Positions 48,778 to 57,645 are shown, numbered from the stretch's first letter. The stretch: DNA of 64,000 nt from an uncultured Candidatus Saccharibacteria bacterium (GCA_964436015.1 CAYTAR010000001.1:92321-156320); one strand, 5' to 3'. Numbers and translations are program-made. The notes: generated by a model not told the origin, from the sequence alone.

Positions 48778-49731
48778 TTATCTCTTTATAACAGGGGGAT
48801 TTGGAGAAAGGAGTTTAATATCAATTGTTCGATTAAAGCACTGGTATCCTGCGGTATGTTCCCAGAAATTACCATCAACTATACCGTACGAGGGGTACTG
48901 TTCAAGGGTACGAGCATCGCGCGCCTTGCTCTCACGATTGAAGGTTGCACACAATTCAAATGAAAGTGTCTCGGGATACACTTGGTAGTTGTACGGTTCA
49001 TTAGTTTCAGGATCAAGTGGAAGTGAGAATCCTCTGAGCGGATCTTCAATGTCGCTCAGATGTTCAGGAAGTGCTTCATTGTTCTGGTAAAATTCAACAA
49101 TCTGCCACTGAATAGACTGTAAATTATTTACCCGCTCTTGATCTAACCGTAAATCACGTTGAGTTGCTGGTCCTCCAAACACCGCAAATGAAAGTAAAAT
49201 GAGTGCTAGAGCAACGACACCAACGCCTACTTCAATGTAAGTATGAGTACGTGCGCTCATATCATTTTTATACTCTTTTCTAAAAAAGTAGAAAATACAT
49301 CCAGCAAAAACGAGCACAAGAACCATTTTAAGAACCGTGGGAAGCGTGAGAGCGCCAGAGACGAACAGCACCACAACCCGAATAAGTGAGATAGTAAACG
49401 CAACTGCAGATATAAAGAGCGTGAGACCAATAGACCAGGTCCGCACCCACACATTCTTTAATTCTGGATTTTGTTCAAGGTCACCCTTTACCATTCGGAT
49501 GAGCCATATAAACAGAGGGACTACAACTATAAGTACACCAACCGTGCCTGCCATGATGCTATCTGGATTTCCTCCATACACCACATCAGGAAACCACTCG
49601 TCTATAATTGCAAACGCGAGCATAAGAAACGCAAACGACCACACATATAGTGATAATGCCACTCCCATGTTGAGAAAGAAATCTCGAGGAGTTACCGCAG
49701 TATGCGGACTTTTTGTATTAAATATGTTCAT
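48778..49731 (-). CDS. Hypothetical polytopic membrane protein
   Basis: Six or more TM helices. The start was trimmed to MNIFNTK, Met27 of the listed ORF. Confidence 0.5.
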   Translation of the reverse strand: MNIFNTKSPHTAVTPRDFFLNMGVALSLYVWSFAFLMLAFAIIDEWFPDVVYGGNPDSIMAGTVGVLIVVVPLFIWLIRMVKGDLEQNPELKNVWVRTWSIGLTLFISAVAFTISLIRVVVLFVSGALTLPTVLKMVLVLVFAGCIFYFFRKEYKNDMSARTHTYIEVGVGVVALALILLSFAVFGGPATQRDLRLDQERVNNLQSIQWQIVEFYQNNEALPEHLSDIEDPLRGFSLPLDPETNEPYNYQVYPETLSFELCATFNRESKARDARTLEQYPSYGIVDGNFWEHTAGYQCFNRTIDIKLLSPNPPVIKR

Positions 49732-49802
49732 ATACTTATTATAGACGTTTGAAAGCCAATTTTGCAACAAAAAACCGGCACACCCCTGTGTGCCGATCCT
49801 GC

Positions 49803-50639
49803 TTACCATCCTTTAGCATACCCGAGGAATACGCGGGTTCCGCCAAGTGTTGAATCTCCAAAACTGATGAGAACTTCACTTCCTGATGAGAATTCGCGCC
49901 TAAGAGCAAGTGCGAGAGCATTCGCATCCCGAACCTCCCGGTGATACGAAGGGTCACGGTAGATGTGGGATATGCCGATTCTCCAATCCTCAATCAAGGA
50001 AAAGAACAGAAATGACTCTGCCGAGAATGAGTTGAAGTTTCTCATGTAGATTCGTGAATGAAGACGAAACATCCGCTCTCCAAAACGATTCTTTGGCGCG
50101 AAGGTTACGAAACCGTACGGATCCATTTGAAACGGACGGATACCGTAGTCAAACGTCCCCGCTTGGTCAAACCACATACGAGCGAGGGATTGACCCGCAT
50201 CAAGCTCAATGTACCGTTCATCGGTGTTTCCGATGACTCGTTTGAGGATTGACCGTGACCAATCATCCAGCCACACCTTGAGTGATGTACGGAAAAGTAT
50301 TTCCTCTCCCCCGTATTTCAATGCTTCCGTTGCTGAATCAGCAACCGCATCCACTATTTTTTCATTCGCGCCTTCATATCCAACCCGCGGATCAAACACA
50401 CGCTCCATGTACCGCATCGGGTGGAGATTACGCTCAAGGGCTATCTCAAAGCGGTTTGTGAAAAAGTAACGGTAGTCGCCGATAGTGCCGTCAGTGGGAC
50501 GGACGAGGTCAAACGCAAGATGCGTCGTACGAATGCCTTGCGTTCGTTTATCTGGAATCTCTTCCCGTTCTTGCGAGTAAGAGTAGAGACACCCGAGGAA
50601 CATTGCCATGCAAACCAACAAGCTAGTTTTGAATTGCAT
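49803..50639 (-). CDS. Secreted or lipoprotein-like hypothetical protein, GC-rich, ending in an aromatic residue (...FLGYAKGW)
   Basis: Signal peptide with MFLGC, and a strong SD (ggaggtg) 5 nt before the ATG. GC is clearly above the local background. Confidence 0.5.
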   Translation of the reverse strand: MQFKTSLLVCMAMFLGCLYSYSQEREEIPDKRTQGIRTTHLAFDLVRPTDGTIGDYRYFFTNRFEIALERNLHPMRYMERVFDPRVGYEGANEKIVDAVADSATEALKYGGEEILFRTSLKVWLDDWSRSILKRVIGNTDERYIELDAGQSLARMWFDQAGTFDYGIRPFQMDPYGFVTFAPKNRFGERMFRLHSRIYMRNFNSFSAESFLFFSLIEDWRIGISHIYRDPSYHREVRDANALALALRREFSSGSEVLISFGDSTLGGTRVFLGYAKGW

Positions 50640-50850
50640 ACACCTCCATATGGTTTAGGTTAGGAACTGCCTCTATTTATCATCGCATATCCTATGCTTT
50701 TGCCAAGGATATATAAAATGGACGCATTTCATGTTTGTTTCAAGCTTTCAATGGTTACTGTCCTACGTCGCAAGACTATTCAAATTATCCTAAATTCCTT
50801 GGGACGCCCCACTTGCGGAAACATGAGTGTGGTAAATTTTGGCCTAAATC

Positions 50851-51381
50851 TTAACACAATTTTACATTAGGTTGGTGCTTATATAAAACTTTAAGTTTCT
50901 CAAGTCCTCTATGTAATCGCACGCTAATAGCATTTTTTGATTGTCCAGTAAGTAAGGATATCTCTTTGAGGGACAAATCTTGAGAATATTTCATAAGCAT
51001 TACCTTCCTATATGATATTGGAAGACGTCCCAATAACAGAAAAGCAATTTCTCCATCTAAAATATTTTGTACATGCCGAGGAGTTTTTTCCTTTGGTTTA
51101 AATCCTTTTTCTATAAGACTGTCTAAGGAAACTGGTTTTTTCTTTCGATATTCATCTATAATAAGGTTATTGAGAATGTGATAAAGAAAAGCCTTTATTG
51201 AATGAATTTCTCTTCCCTTAAGAAGATACACCCATGTTTTCATAAAAGTTTGCTGAACTAGATCCTTTCCAAGATCATAATCGCCTATTTTATAAAAGGC
51301 GTGTGAATTTAAGCCCTTCTCATAATCATGATGGGCTTTGGACAATATTTCTTTCAAATTTTCTGTTTGAGTGAGTGTCAT
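50851..51381 (-). CDS. ECF-type sigma-70 family factor
   Basis: Region 2 (FMKTWVYLLKG...IIDEYRKK) and region 4 HTH (LKEISLLTGQSKNAISVRLHRG). Confidence 0.85.
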   Translation of the reverse strand: MTLTQTENLKEILSKAHHDYEKGLNSHAFYKIGDYDLGKDLVQQTFMKTWVYLLKGREIHSIKAFLYHILNNLIIDEYRKKKPVSLDSLIEKGFKPKEKTPRHVQNILDGEIAFLLLGRLPISYRKVMLMKYSQDLSLKEISLLTGQSKNAISVRLHRGLEKLKVLYKHQPNVKLC

Positions 51382-51550
51382 AATTTAATGTAATTTTAAT
51401 GTTATTATAATTAAAATAAATAGTCAAGAAGCAACATATACATATATATGTATAAACTGTGTATAAGTTTAATGTAAACTTAACTTTAGGAATTAATATA
51501 AAGTTAACAAAGAGCTTGCAAACACTAATAAATGGTTATATACTCTAGCA

Positions 51551-52219
51551 ATGTCAATACTGATAATTGAAGACGAGGAAAAATTAGTTGATATATTAAA
51601 AGTAGCTCTCAAGGGCCAACGTTATACAGTTGATGTGGCTTATGATGGAGAAGAAGGCCTAAAAAAGGCCATGAAAAATGACTATAGTCTGATTATTTTA
51701 GATATTATGCTTCCCAAAAAAGATGGCTTTACCCTATGCAAAGAACTTAGAGCTCACCAAATCCACACACCCATCATCATGCTTACAGCAAGGGGTACTG
51801 AGGAAGATAGAATCACCGGTCTTGATAATGGAGCTGATGACTATCTTATTAAGCCTTTTGGTCTTAATGAACTGTTTTCACGAATTCGTGCTGTCTTACG
51901 TCGCCGAAAAACAACCGATTCAAATATCATAAAAATAGCTGACCTAATAATGGACAGTAAGAAACATGAGGTAACTCGTGCTGGCAAAATCATTGCTCTC
52001 ACCCCAAAGGAATACAAGCTTCTTAATACCCTACTCTCTCATCAGGGTGAAGCAGTCAACAGACGCAAACTTATTGATCATGCTTGGGGTCCAGAATTTA
52101 AAGAAACGAATAATGAATTAAACGTCCATATAAAATATTTGCGAACAAAAATAAATAAAAGTAACGAAAAAGAGCTTATTCACACAATACGAGGTGTTGG
52201 TTTTATGTTGAAAGAATAG
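51551..52219 (+). CDS. OmpR-family response regulator
   Basis: Receiver domain (IIEDEEK...LDIMLPKKDG...MLTARG) and a winged-helix output domain (VHIKYLRTKI). Confidence 0.9.
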   Translation: MSILIIEDEEKLVDILKVALKGQRYTVDVAYDGEEGLKKAMKNDYSLIILDIMLPKKDGFTLCKELRAHQIHTPIIMLTARGTEEDRITGLDNGADDYLIKPFGLNELFSRIRAVLRRRKTTDSNIIKIADLIMDSKKHEVTRAGKIIALTPKEYKLLNTLLSHQGEAVNRRKLIDHAWGPEFKETNNELNVHIKYLRTKINKSNEKELIHTIRGVGFMLKE

Positions 52220-52334
52220 GCCTGAGGACTTGCGTAAATCTGATTTTTGTTTTACAATATTTATAGATAGACACCAGAACAAACAAATTCCCTCACAACG
52301 AGAGGATCCTCCACAATTTAATAGAAGGAACAAC

Positions 52335-53036
52335 ATGAAAAAAAACTCTGGAGAATACTGGGATTCTAGGCTCAGACAGAGTCAAGATAACCCTTTCCCA
52401 CTAGCCCCTGCTGACTTGCTCAAAAAAGGATTAGTGAACGCAGCTAATTACTCCACCCAAAACATGAGATTCGGCTTGTTCTGCCAACGAAAGATGTTGG
52501 CGGAACTTGAAAATCTCAATCGTGATGGAGAAATCGAGATTTTTGGAATAGGTCTCGCAAGGGACATCGGGTGGGTACTGAAAGCTATAGAACATTTCGG
52601 TGTTAAAATGTGGGACCACAGCACAGTGGCACGTCAAAATGCCACGCTTGTACTCCGTCCCAGAACATGGTTGCAGATGGTGGAAATCGCTGAAGGTGAA
52701 GTCATGAAGGGATGGAAAGCCGGTCAGATAGACCGGGAAGGGGTAATGGCAATCTATGCTTCACAGTTCCTAGAACATCAGGGTGATGCATTGAAAAGTT
52801 TCGCGTATCACTTTGGTAAGTTCCTCCGAGTTCCCGATAGAAGGATCTATCTAGTACTCCCCCGTTTGGAGGACAATCCTCCCGACAAAGTGAAGTGGGA
52901 TTCAGCTGTTCCCCCCCTCGATCATGAGTGGCAAGTACCACTCAATGAGGGGTTCGGTGGACTAACGAATATTTGTAAGCTAGGAACACACAAATATTTT
53001 CACCGGAGATACACATTCTTCCGGATCAGCGGATAA
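52335..53036 (+). CDS. Hypothetical protein, GC-rich, inserted between the response-regulator and kinase genes
   Basis: The ATG is preceded by aaggaa, and GC is about 46% against 25-36% in the flanks. There is a possible GxGxxA/G nucleotide-binding-like loop (EIFGIGLARDIG), with weak support. Confidence 0.45.
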   Translation: MKKNSGEYWDSRLRQSQDNPFPLAPADLLKKGLVNAANYSTQNMRFGLFCQRKMLAELENLNRDGEIEIFGIGLARDIGWVLKAIEHFGVKMWDHSTVARQNATLVLRPRTWLQMVEIAEGEVMKGWKAGQIDREGVMAIYASQFLEHQGDALKSFAYHFGKFLRVPDRRIYLVLPRLEDNPPDKVKWDSAVPPLDHEWQVPLNEGFGGLTNICKLGTHKYFHRRYTFFRISG

Positions 53037-53102
53037 AGCATCAGGGAGGGAGAGGAAAAACCTATTCTCTCCCTTTTTTCTTTAATTTAGTATCATAAAA
53101 AA

Positions 53103-54314
53103 ATGAATCGAAAAAAAGACACAATTTTAAAAAAAATTACTCTACTGAATAAAACTATTCTTGACTCCATGACAGAGAAAGATAACAACGCAATAGTTAA
53201 GAATTTTACCGATGATGCAATTGAAATTTTAGAGGCAGATTTCGGCTTTGCTTGGTGGAAATTTAGTGATAAAGATGAATATAAGTTGGCTTATAAAAGT
53301 CCAAGCACACCCTATAGTCCATTCCTACCAAGAGATAGAGCAAATCATTATACAGCTATAAAAAATAAAAAACCTCTTTTTCAAAGTGATATAAAAAAGG
53401 AAGATTATAAATCATCCGATATCACTCCCTATATGAAAAGTTTCGTTATCATACCTATTCACCATGAAAAAAATATATACGGTAGCCTTACATTGTGCTA
53501 TAAAAAGCGTCATAATTTTACCAAAGAAGAACTAACGTTAGCGCAAGCTATAGGACATACCACTGCCCAAGCCATTACTATTCATAAATTATACAAAATA
53601 GATGCTCTTCTCCGAGAAGAGAGGTCAAAAACAGAATTTATAGCAAACGCAACACATGAGCTACGAACTCCTCTTGCTATCATGAAAGGCAACGTAGACT
53701 TGGCACTAACCGATAAGAAAAATTTAAAGTTATCCCAAAAAGCTTTACAGAAGGTGGACGAAGAAATAAACAATTTGTCGAATATCATAAAAAACTTATA
53801 CTTAATTACTTCTCCTGGTCAAAATGTAGAAAGGGTAATAAATCCAATTACTGTAAATATTACAGACTTAATACATAAGTTAGTAAAAAGATTGAAAGTA
53901 ATGGCGGTAGAAAAAAATATACAAATAAAATTTAATAAGGAAGAAGCGAATTTATTTATTACTGGAAATGAAGAATACCTAACAGAATTGTTTCTTAATA
54001 TAATAAAAAACTCCATAACTTATGGAAAAAATAATGGAAAAACTTTCATTGATATTTCTGCAGAAAAAAATAAAGTTAAAATAAAAATAGCTGATAATGG
54101 CATAGGAATATCAAAAGAGGATTTGCCAAAAATATTTGACCGTTTTTATAAAGGCGATAAGGCCCACTCTAATGTTTCTTATAAAAATAATTCTGGGCTC
54201 GGGCTTGCCATAGCAAAATGGGCAGCAGAAATACATGGCGGAACAATACAAGTAAAAAGTACCCTCGGTAAAGGTAGTGTTTTTAGTGTAGTACTACCAG
54301 TGTCTAAATCTTAA
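53103..54314 (+). CDS. Cytoplasmic sensor histidine kinase (GAF-like N-terminus, HisKA, HATPase_c)
   Basis: H-box ANATHELRTPL, N-box, and G-boxes DNGIGISKEDLPKIFDRFYKGD and GLGLAIAK. No TM helices. Confidence 0.9.
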   Translation: MNRKKDTILKKITLLNKTILDSMTEKDNNAIVKNFTDDAIEILEADFGFAWWKFSDKDEYKLAYKSPSTPYSPFLPRDRANHYTAIKNKKPLFQSDIKKEDYKSSDITPYMKSFVIIPIHHEKNIYGSLTLCYKKRHNFTKEELTLAQAIGHTTAQAITIHKLYKIDALLREERSKTEFIANATHELRTPLAIMKGNVDLALTDKKNLKLSQKALQKVDEEINNLSNIIKNLYLITSPGQNVERVINPITVNITDLIHKLVKRLKVMAVEKNIQIKFNKEEANLFITGNEEYLTELFLNIIKNSITYGKNNGKTFIDISAEKNKVKIKIADNGIGISKEDLPKIFDRFYKGDKAHSNVSYKNNSGLGLAIAKWAAEIHGGTIQVKSTLGKGSVFSVVLPVSKS

Positions 54315-54327
54315 ACTCTATCACACC
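54304..54327 (+). repeat. 24-bp direct repeat, copy 1 (ctaaatcttaaactctatcacacc), overlapping the kinase stop codon
   Basis: Matches 54510-54533 at 22 of 24 positions. Confidence 0.7.
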
Positions 54328-54341
54328 ATTGTCTTTATATC

Positions 54342-54370
54342 TTGACAAGATTAAGGTAGTCTGCTATAAT
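54342..54370 (+). promoter_or_regulatory. Consensus sigma70 promoter TTGACA-N17-TATAAT
   Basis: TTGACA at 54342-54347 and TATAAT at 54365-54370, a perfect match to both hexamers with a 17-nt spacer. Confidence 0.6.
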
Positions 54371-54376
54371 ACAGGT

Positions 54377-54507
54377 ATAATAGTACTTCCTGGCGCCGGG
54401 ATCACTAGGGCCCGTTTCCGCAAGGAAATGATGTGTTTAAGATAAGGTAGCTTATAAGAAACCTTTCATTAACCCGCTAAGACTTAGGTCAAGGCGGGTT
54501 TCTTCTT
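54377..54507 (+). ncRNA. Candidate ~130-nt small RNA
   Basis: Bounded by the consensus promoter and by the intrinsic terminator acccgc...gcgggt plus ttcttcttg (54472-54507). There is no ORF, and the 5' part is GC-rich (ggcgccgggatcactagggcccg). Confidence 0.4.
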
Positions 54508-54509
54508 GC

Positions 54510-54533
54510 CTAAATCTTAAACTCAATCACATC
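54510..54533 (+). repeat. 24-bp direct repeat, copy 2 (ctaaatcttaaactcaatcacatc), overlapping the ychF stop codon
   Basis: See copy 1. Together the two copies frame the ~180-bp promoter-sRNA-terminator module. Confidence 0.7.
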
Positions 54534-55619
54534 TCCGTCCTTTACCACGTATTCCTTCCCTTCAGTCCTAATCAATCCTTTTTCTCGAGCTTGTGCGTAC
54601 GAACCAGAATCAATTAAATCTTTCCAGAAAACTACCTCGGCTCTAATAAACTTATCCTTAAAATCAGTATGGATCGCAGTACCTGCAATTGGAGCCGTGG
54701 AGCCCTTTTGTATCGTCCACGCACGTGTCTCATCTTCTCCGGTCGTAAAATAGGTCATGAGGTTAAGCATTGAGTAACCCGCAACAATGAGGTTATTTAT
54801 TCCATCATCGTTAGCGCCCAACTCCTTTCTGAAAAGCTCTTTCTCTTCCCCCTCAAGCTCTTTAATTTCGCTTTCAATGTGGGCATCAACTACCACAGAG
54901 TGCGCATTATTTTCTTTCAAAAAAGTTTGCAACTTCTCATATTTCTGCTTGTGAATAGGATCCGTGCTCGTATCCAAGTTTACTCCGCCAGACTTTCTAT
55001 TTAATACATACAGAAAAGGCTTCATGGTAAGTAGGTGAACACTCTTAACTATTTCTAATTCATCAGTGCTTAGTTCAGCAGTATTTGCAAGCTTTCCTTG
55101 AGAGAGAACTTTTTCTATTTTTTGGATTGCCCCGTGTTCTTTAATTGCATTCTTATCTCCTCGCTTTACATCTCTCCCGAGAGAGTCAAGACGCTTTGTT
55201 ACCGTTTGCTGGTCCGCAAGAATAAGCTCAAGGTTTATCACCTCAATATCAGACACAGGGTCTACATCGTTGTGTACATGTGTAATATCTGGATCAACAA
55301 ATATACGTACCACCTCCGCAATTGCATTTGTCTCACGAATATTTGCAAGAAATTTATTCCCTAACCCCTCCCCTTCACTTGCGCCTTTAACCAGTCCTGC
55401 AATATCAACAAATTCAACCGCTGCAGGTACTGTTTTCTTTGAAGAACTAAACTCAGACAAAGTCCACAGACGAGAGTCAGGCACCGCAACGACGCCAACG
55501 GATGGGTCAATCGTACAAAAAGGAAAGTTTGCAGCATCAACGGATTTTTTTGTAAGTGCGTTAAAAAGCGTTGACTTCCCAACGTTTGGCAATCCGACAA
55601 TTCCTATGCTTAATGACAT
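54510..55619 (-). CDS. ychF: Ribosome-binding ATPase YchF (Obg-family GTPase)
   Basis: G1 motif GIVGLPNVGKST and a TGS C-terminal domain. The start was trimmed to MSLSIGIV. Confidence 0.92.
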   Translation of the reverse strand: MSLSIGIVGLPNVGKSTLFNALTKKSVDAANFPFCTIDPSVGVVAVPDSRLWTLSEFSSSKKTVPAAVEFVDIAGLVKGASEGEGLGNKFLANIRETNAIAEVVRIFVDPDITHVHNDVDPVSDIEVINLELILADQQTVTKRLDSLGRDVKRGDKNAIKEHGAIQKIEKVLSQGKLANTAELSTDELEIVKSVHLLTMKPFLYVLNRKSGGVNLDTSTDPIHKQKYEKLQTFLKENNAHSVVVDAHIESEIKELEGEEKELFRKELGANDDGINNLIVAGYSMLNLMTYFTTGEDETRAWTIQKGSTAPIAGTAIHTDFKDKFIRAEVVFWKDLIDSGSYAQAREKGLIRTEGKEYVVKDGDVIEFKI

Positions 55620-55837
55620 GCACACCATAATATCAGCTGATTGCGCAATTACAAGTATTCAATACCAGCCAGCGACACTTACTAGATATATATTTCTATA
55701 GCTTATACAAAATATAAAAAACTCGCGTATTAAAAAAATCTCATCATAAAAAATTAGTAATAAATGTAAATTTGTGTTATATTTATTAAAGTCGAAAAAC
55801 ATTATTATTATAAATATTACCAATAATAAATATAATT

Positions 55838-56401
55838 ATGATTTTTACTACACTTACAAAGGTTGTTGATGGAGTTAAAGGTGGCGTAACCGCTGGCCTT
55901 AAAGGTGCTGGAGACATCACAAGTTCAATTATTAATGTTGTTAAAACTACAGCTGTAACAACTATTCAAGGTACCACTGAATTTGCTTCCAAAGGAGTAG
56001 AGGCAGCTGCATCAATTGTTAAAGGAGCTATGAGCGGAGTAGCAGAAATTGGATCTTCGGTAATTGGGGCAGTCCGAAGTATTGCTCAGGGTACAGTTGA
56101 AGGTTTTATGCAGTCTGGAGGATCACAAAATGATGCAGTACGAGGGGTGGTATCTCAATCTATCCATGGAGCGAAAGAACTTGGAGTAAGTATTGGTGAA
56201 GCGGCAGTTGAATCAGTTAAAGGAGCCATTGATGCTATCAAGCAGGTAGGCGGAGACACAGCGAAAGCAACGCATACCGCAGTATCCGCTGCCCTTGATG
56301 CCGCAGGTGATCTTGGAGAGGAATCTGTAAAGGCAGTGAGCGAATCTCTGTCTACGGGGGTAGATGGTGCAAAATCTATCATTGAAGAAATTAAAAAATA
56401 G
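55838..56401 (+). CDS. Gly/Ala/Val/Ser-rich protein built of about sixteen 11-residue repeats (LEA/synuclein-like amphipathic periodicity)
   Basis: The sequence parses into consecutive 11-mers (VKGGVTAGLKG / AGDITSSIINV / VKTTAVTTIQG ...), mostly starting with V/A and ending with G/A. There is no signal peptide. An extremely AT-rich 200-bp region lies upstream. Confidence 0.5.
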   Translation: MIFTTLTKVVDGVKGGVTAGLKGAGDITSSIINVVKTTAVTTIQGTTEFASKGVEAAASIVKGAMSGVAEIGSSVIGAVRSIAQGTVEGFMQSGGSQNDAVRGVVSQSIHGAKELGVSIGEAAVESVKGAIDAIKQVGGDTAKATHTAVSAALDAAGDLGEESVKAVSESLSTGVDGAKSIIEEIKK

Positions 56402-56413
56402 TTGATTTATCTT

Positions 56414-56450
56414 AAAAAGCTAGGAATAACTTCCTAGCTTTTTCTTTTTG
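56414..56450 (+). terminator. Intrinsic terminator
   Basis: Sequence aaaaagctaggaa-taac-ttcctagcttttt. Confidence 0.8.
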
Positions 56451-56473
56451 TATTTGGCATAGTAATATCAGAC

Positions 56474-56683
56474 ATGAAAACACAATTGGTTACAAAGGAA
56501 ACTATTCTCGTTGATGTCAAAACTGGCAAGAGAATTAGCATTACCTACGATCCGAACGAAAAACACTCATTCATGGGTTTTGGCAAACCAAAAACTATTG
56601 ATGAGTCAGGGGAGGAAGCACGACAGTCGGCCGAAGCGCTCGTTCGCGCCCTTGAGAGCGACGACCCATTTCATCTGATTTAA
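56474..56683 (+). CDS. Small hypothetical protein (69 aa)
   Basis: An ORF bounded by terminators on both sides. Confidence 0.4.
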   Translation: MKTQLVTKETILVDVKTGKRISITYDPNEKHSFMGFGKPKTIDESGEEARQSAEALVRALESDDPFHLI

Positions 56684-56692
56684 GTGCGACGC

Positions 56693-56724
56693 AAAACCGC
56701 GCGACTACGTCGCGCGGTTTTTAT
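56693..56724 (+). terminator. Intrinsic terminator, repeat module copy A
   Basis: Sequence acgcaaaaccgcgcgac-tac-gtcgcgcggttttt. Confidence 0.8.
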
Positions 56725-56786
56725 TGATAATGATAATATTATGTGGTATAGATAAACAAGCAAAGAACCTTAACACACTAATCACT

Positions 56787-57194
56787 ATGCCAAGTCCTTT
56801 TGAACATGCGGTAAGTAGTGCTGAAAAATGGGGTGGCACACCGGAAGACTACCTCCCGATTCATGAACTGATCGATTCAAGCAAACTCGCATTTCCTGAT
56901 GCGCGTCACCGAGCACTTACCCACAATTCCTGGTTTATCACGTTCATACTGGAGAAAATCTTTGGTCCAGTGATCACAAACACCGATGGAGCCAAAGTAC
57001 CTGTGAGACACATTGGCGAGCGACACGTACATGAAGATTATGACGATTTCATGCCTTCGCCACAAGACTTTCTCGCCAGAATGACTCTTGAGAAGTGGAT
57101 GCAAAATGGAGCAAAGGGTTCATACCCTCCAAGTTTACAACCCCCTCAGCTTGTGCAGAAACCAAGAAAAAGAACTGGAATAAAGTACGACTAA
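56787..57194 (+). CDS. Hypothetical protein (135 aa)
   Basis: The start was trimmed to MPSPFEH. No motif recognised. Confidence 0.4.
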   Translation: MPSPFEHAVSSAEKWGGTPEDYLPIHELIDSSKLAFPDARHRALTHNSWFITFILEKIFGPVITNTDGAKVPVRHIGERHVHEDYDDFMPSPQDFLARMTLEKWMQNGAKGSYPPSLQPPQLVQKPRKRTGIKYD

Positions 57195-57204
57195 CTTTCT
57201 GCAA

Positions 57205-57240
57205 ACGCAAAACCGCGCGATTCTATCGCGCGGTTTTTTC
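57205..57240 (+). terminator. Intrinsic terminator, repeat module copy B
   Basis: Sequence acgcaaaaccgcgcgat-tct-atcgcgcggtttttt, with a stem nearly identical to copy A. Confidence 0.8.
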
Positions 57241-57366
57241 TTATCTCTTATCTCCAATCTCTACTCTCTTTTCTCTACCTTTTCCCTCTTCCCTTTTTCC
57301 TTTTCTAATCTCTAATCTCCGTTTTCTATTTCCAATCTCTTATCTCTTTTCTCTAATCTCTACCTT
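57241..57366. repeat. Pyrimidine-rich repeat tract, locus C
   Basis: Contains a 38-mer (57286-57323) identical to 8381-8418, plus additional tctctaatctc units. Confidence 0.7.
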
Positions 57367-57597
57367 TTATTTCTTCTGTATAGCCCGAAGTTCGCTCTCG
57401 TATTTTTTCATAACCTGCATCGTTGCAGCCATCTGATCTTTCCCATTTTTCATTTCAGATTGAATTTCAAGTGCAATCTTCTGAAACAAATCAGGATTCT
57501 TTTCAACCATTTCAATTATCCGGTCCTGCTCCGCTTCAGGCACACCTTTCATTTTACTCTTGAGCATTTTCTTCATTAAAAAACTTTTGAGTCCCAT
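57367..57597 (-). CDS. Small helical hypothetical protein (76 aa)
   Basis: A Lys/Glu-rich ORF whose stop abuts repeat locus C. Confidence 0.4.
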   Translation of the reverse strand: MGLKSFLMKKMLKSKMKGVPEAEQDRIIEMVEKNPDLFQKIALEIQSEMKNGKDQMAATMQVMKKYESELRAIQKK

Positions 57598-57645
57598 AAT
57601 TTGGATATATTATTTAGTAACAGAGACGAGTATACCACACTCGCA

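Noticed and set aside
42671-50819. Shared 11-mer acttgcggaaa at about 42675 and about 50812
   Set aside because: Hundreds of 11-mer matches are expected by chance in a sequence of this length. The hairpin at 42664-42682 is real, but the cross-match is not meaningful.
50838-50850. Third copy of (g)cctaaatcttaa near the ECF sigma stop, which would make the whole sigma/RR/HK cluster repeat-flanked
   Set aside because: Only 13 nt match. In an AT-rich 64-kb sequence tens of 13-mer coincidences are expected, so only the 24-bp pair at 54304/54510 is treated as significant.
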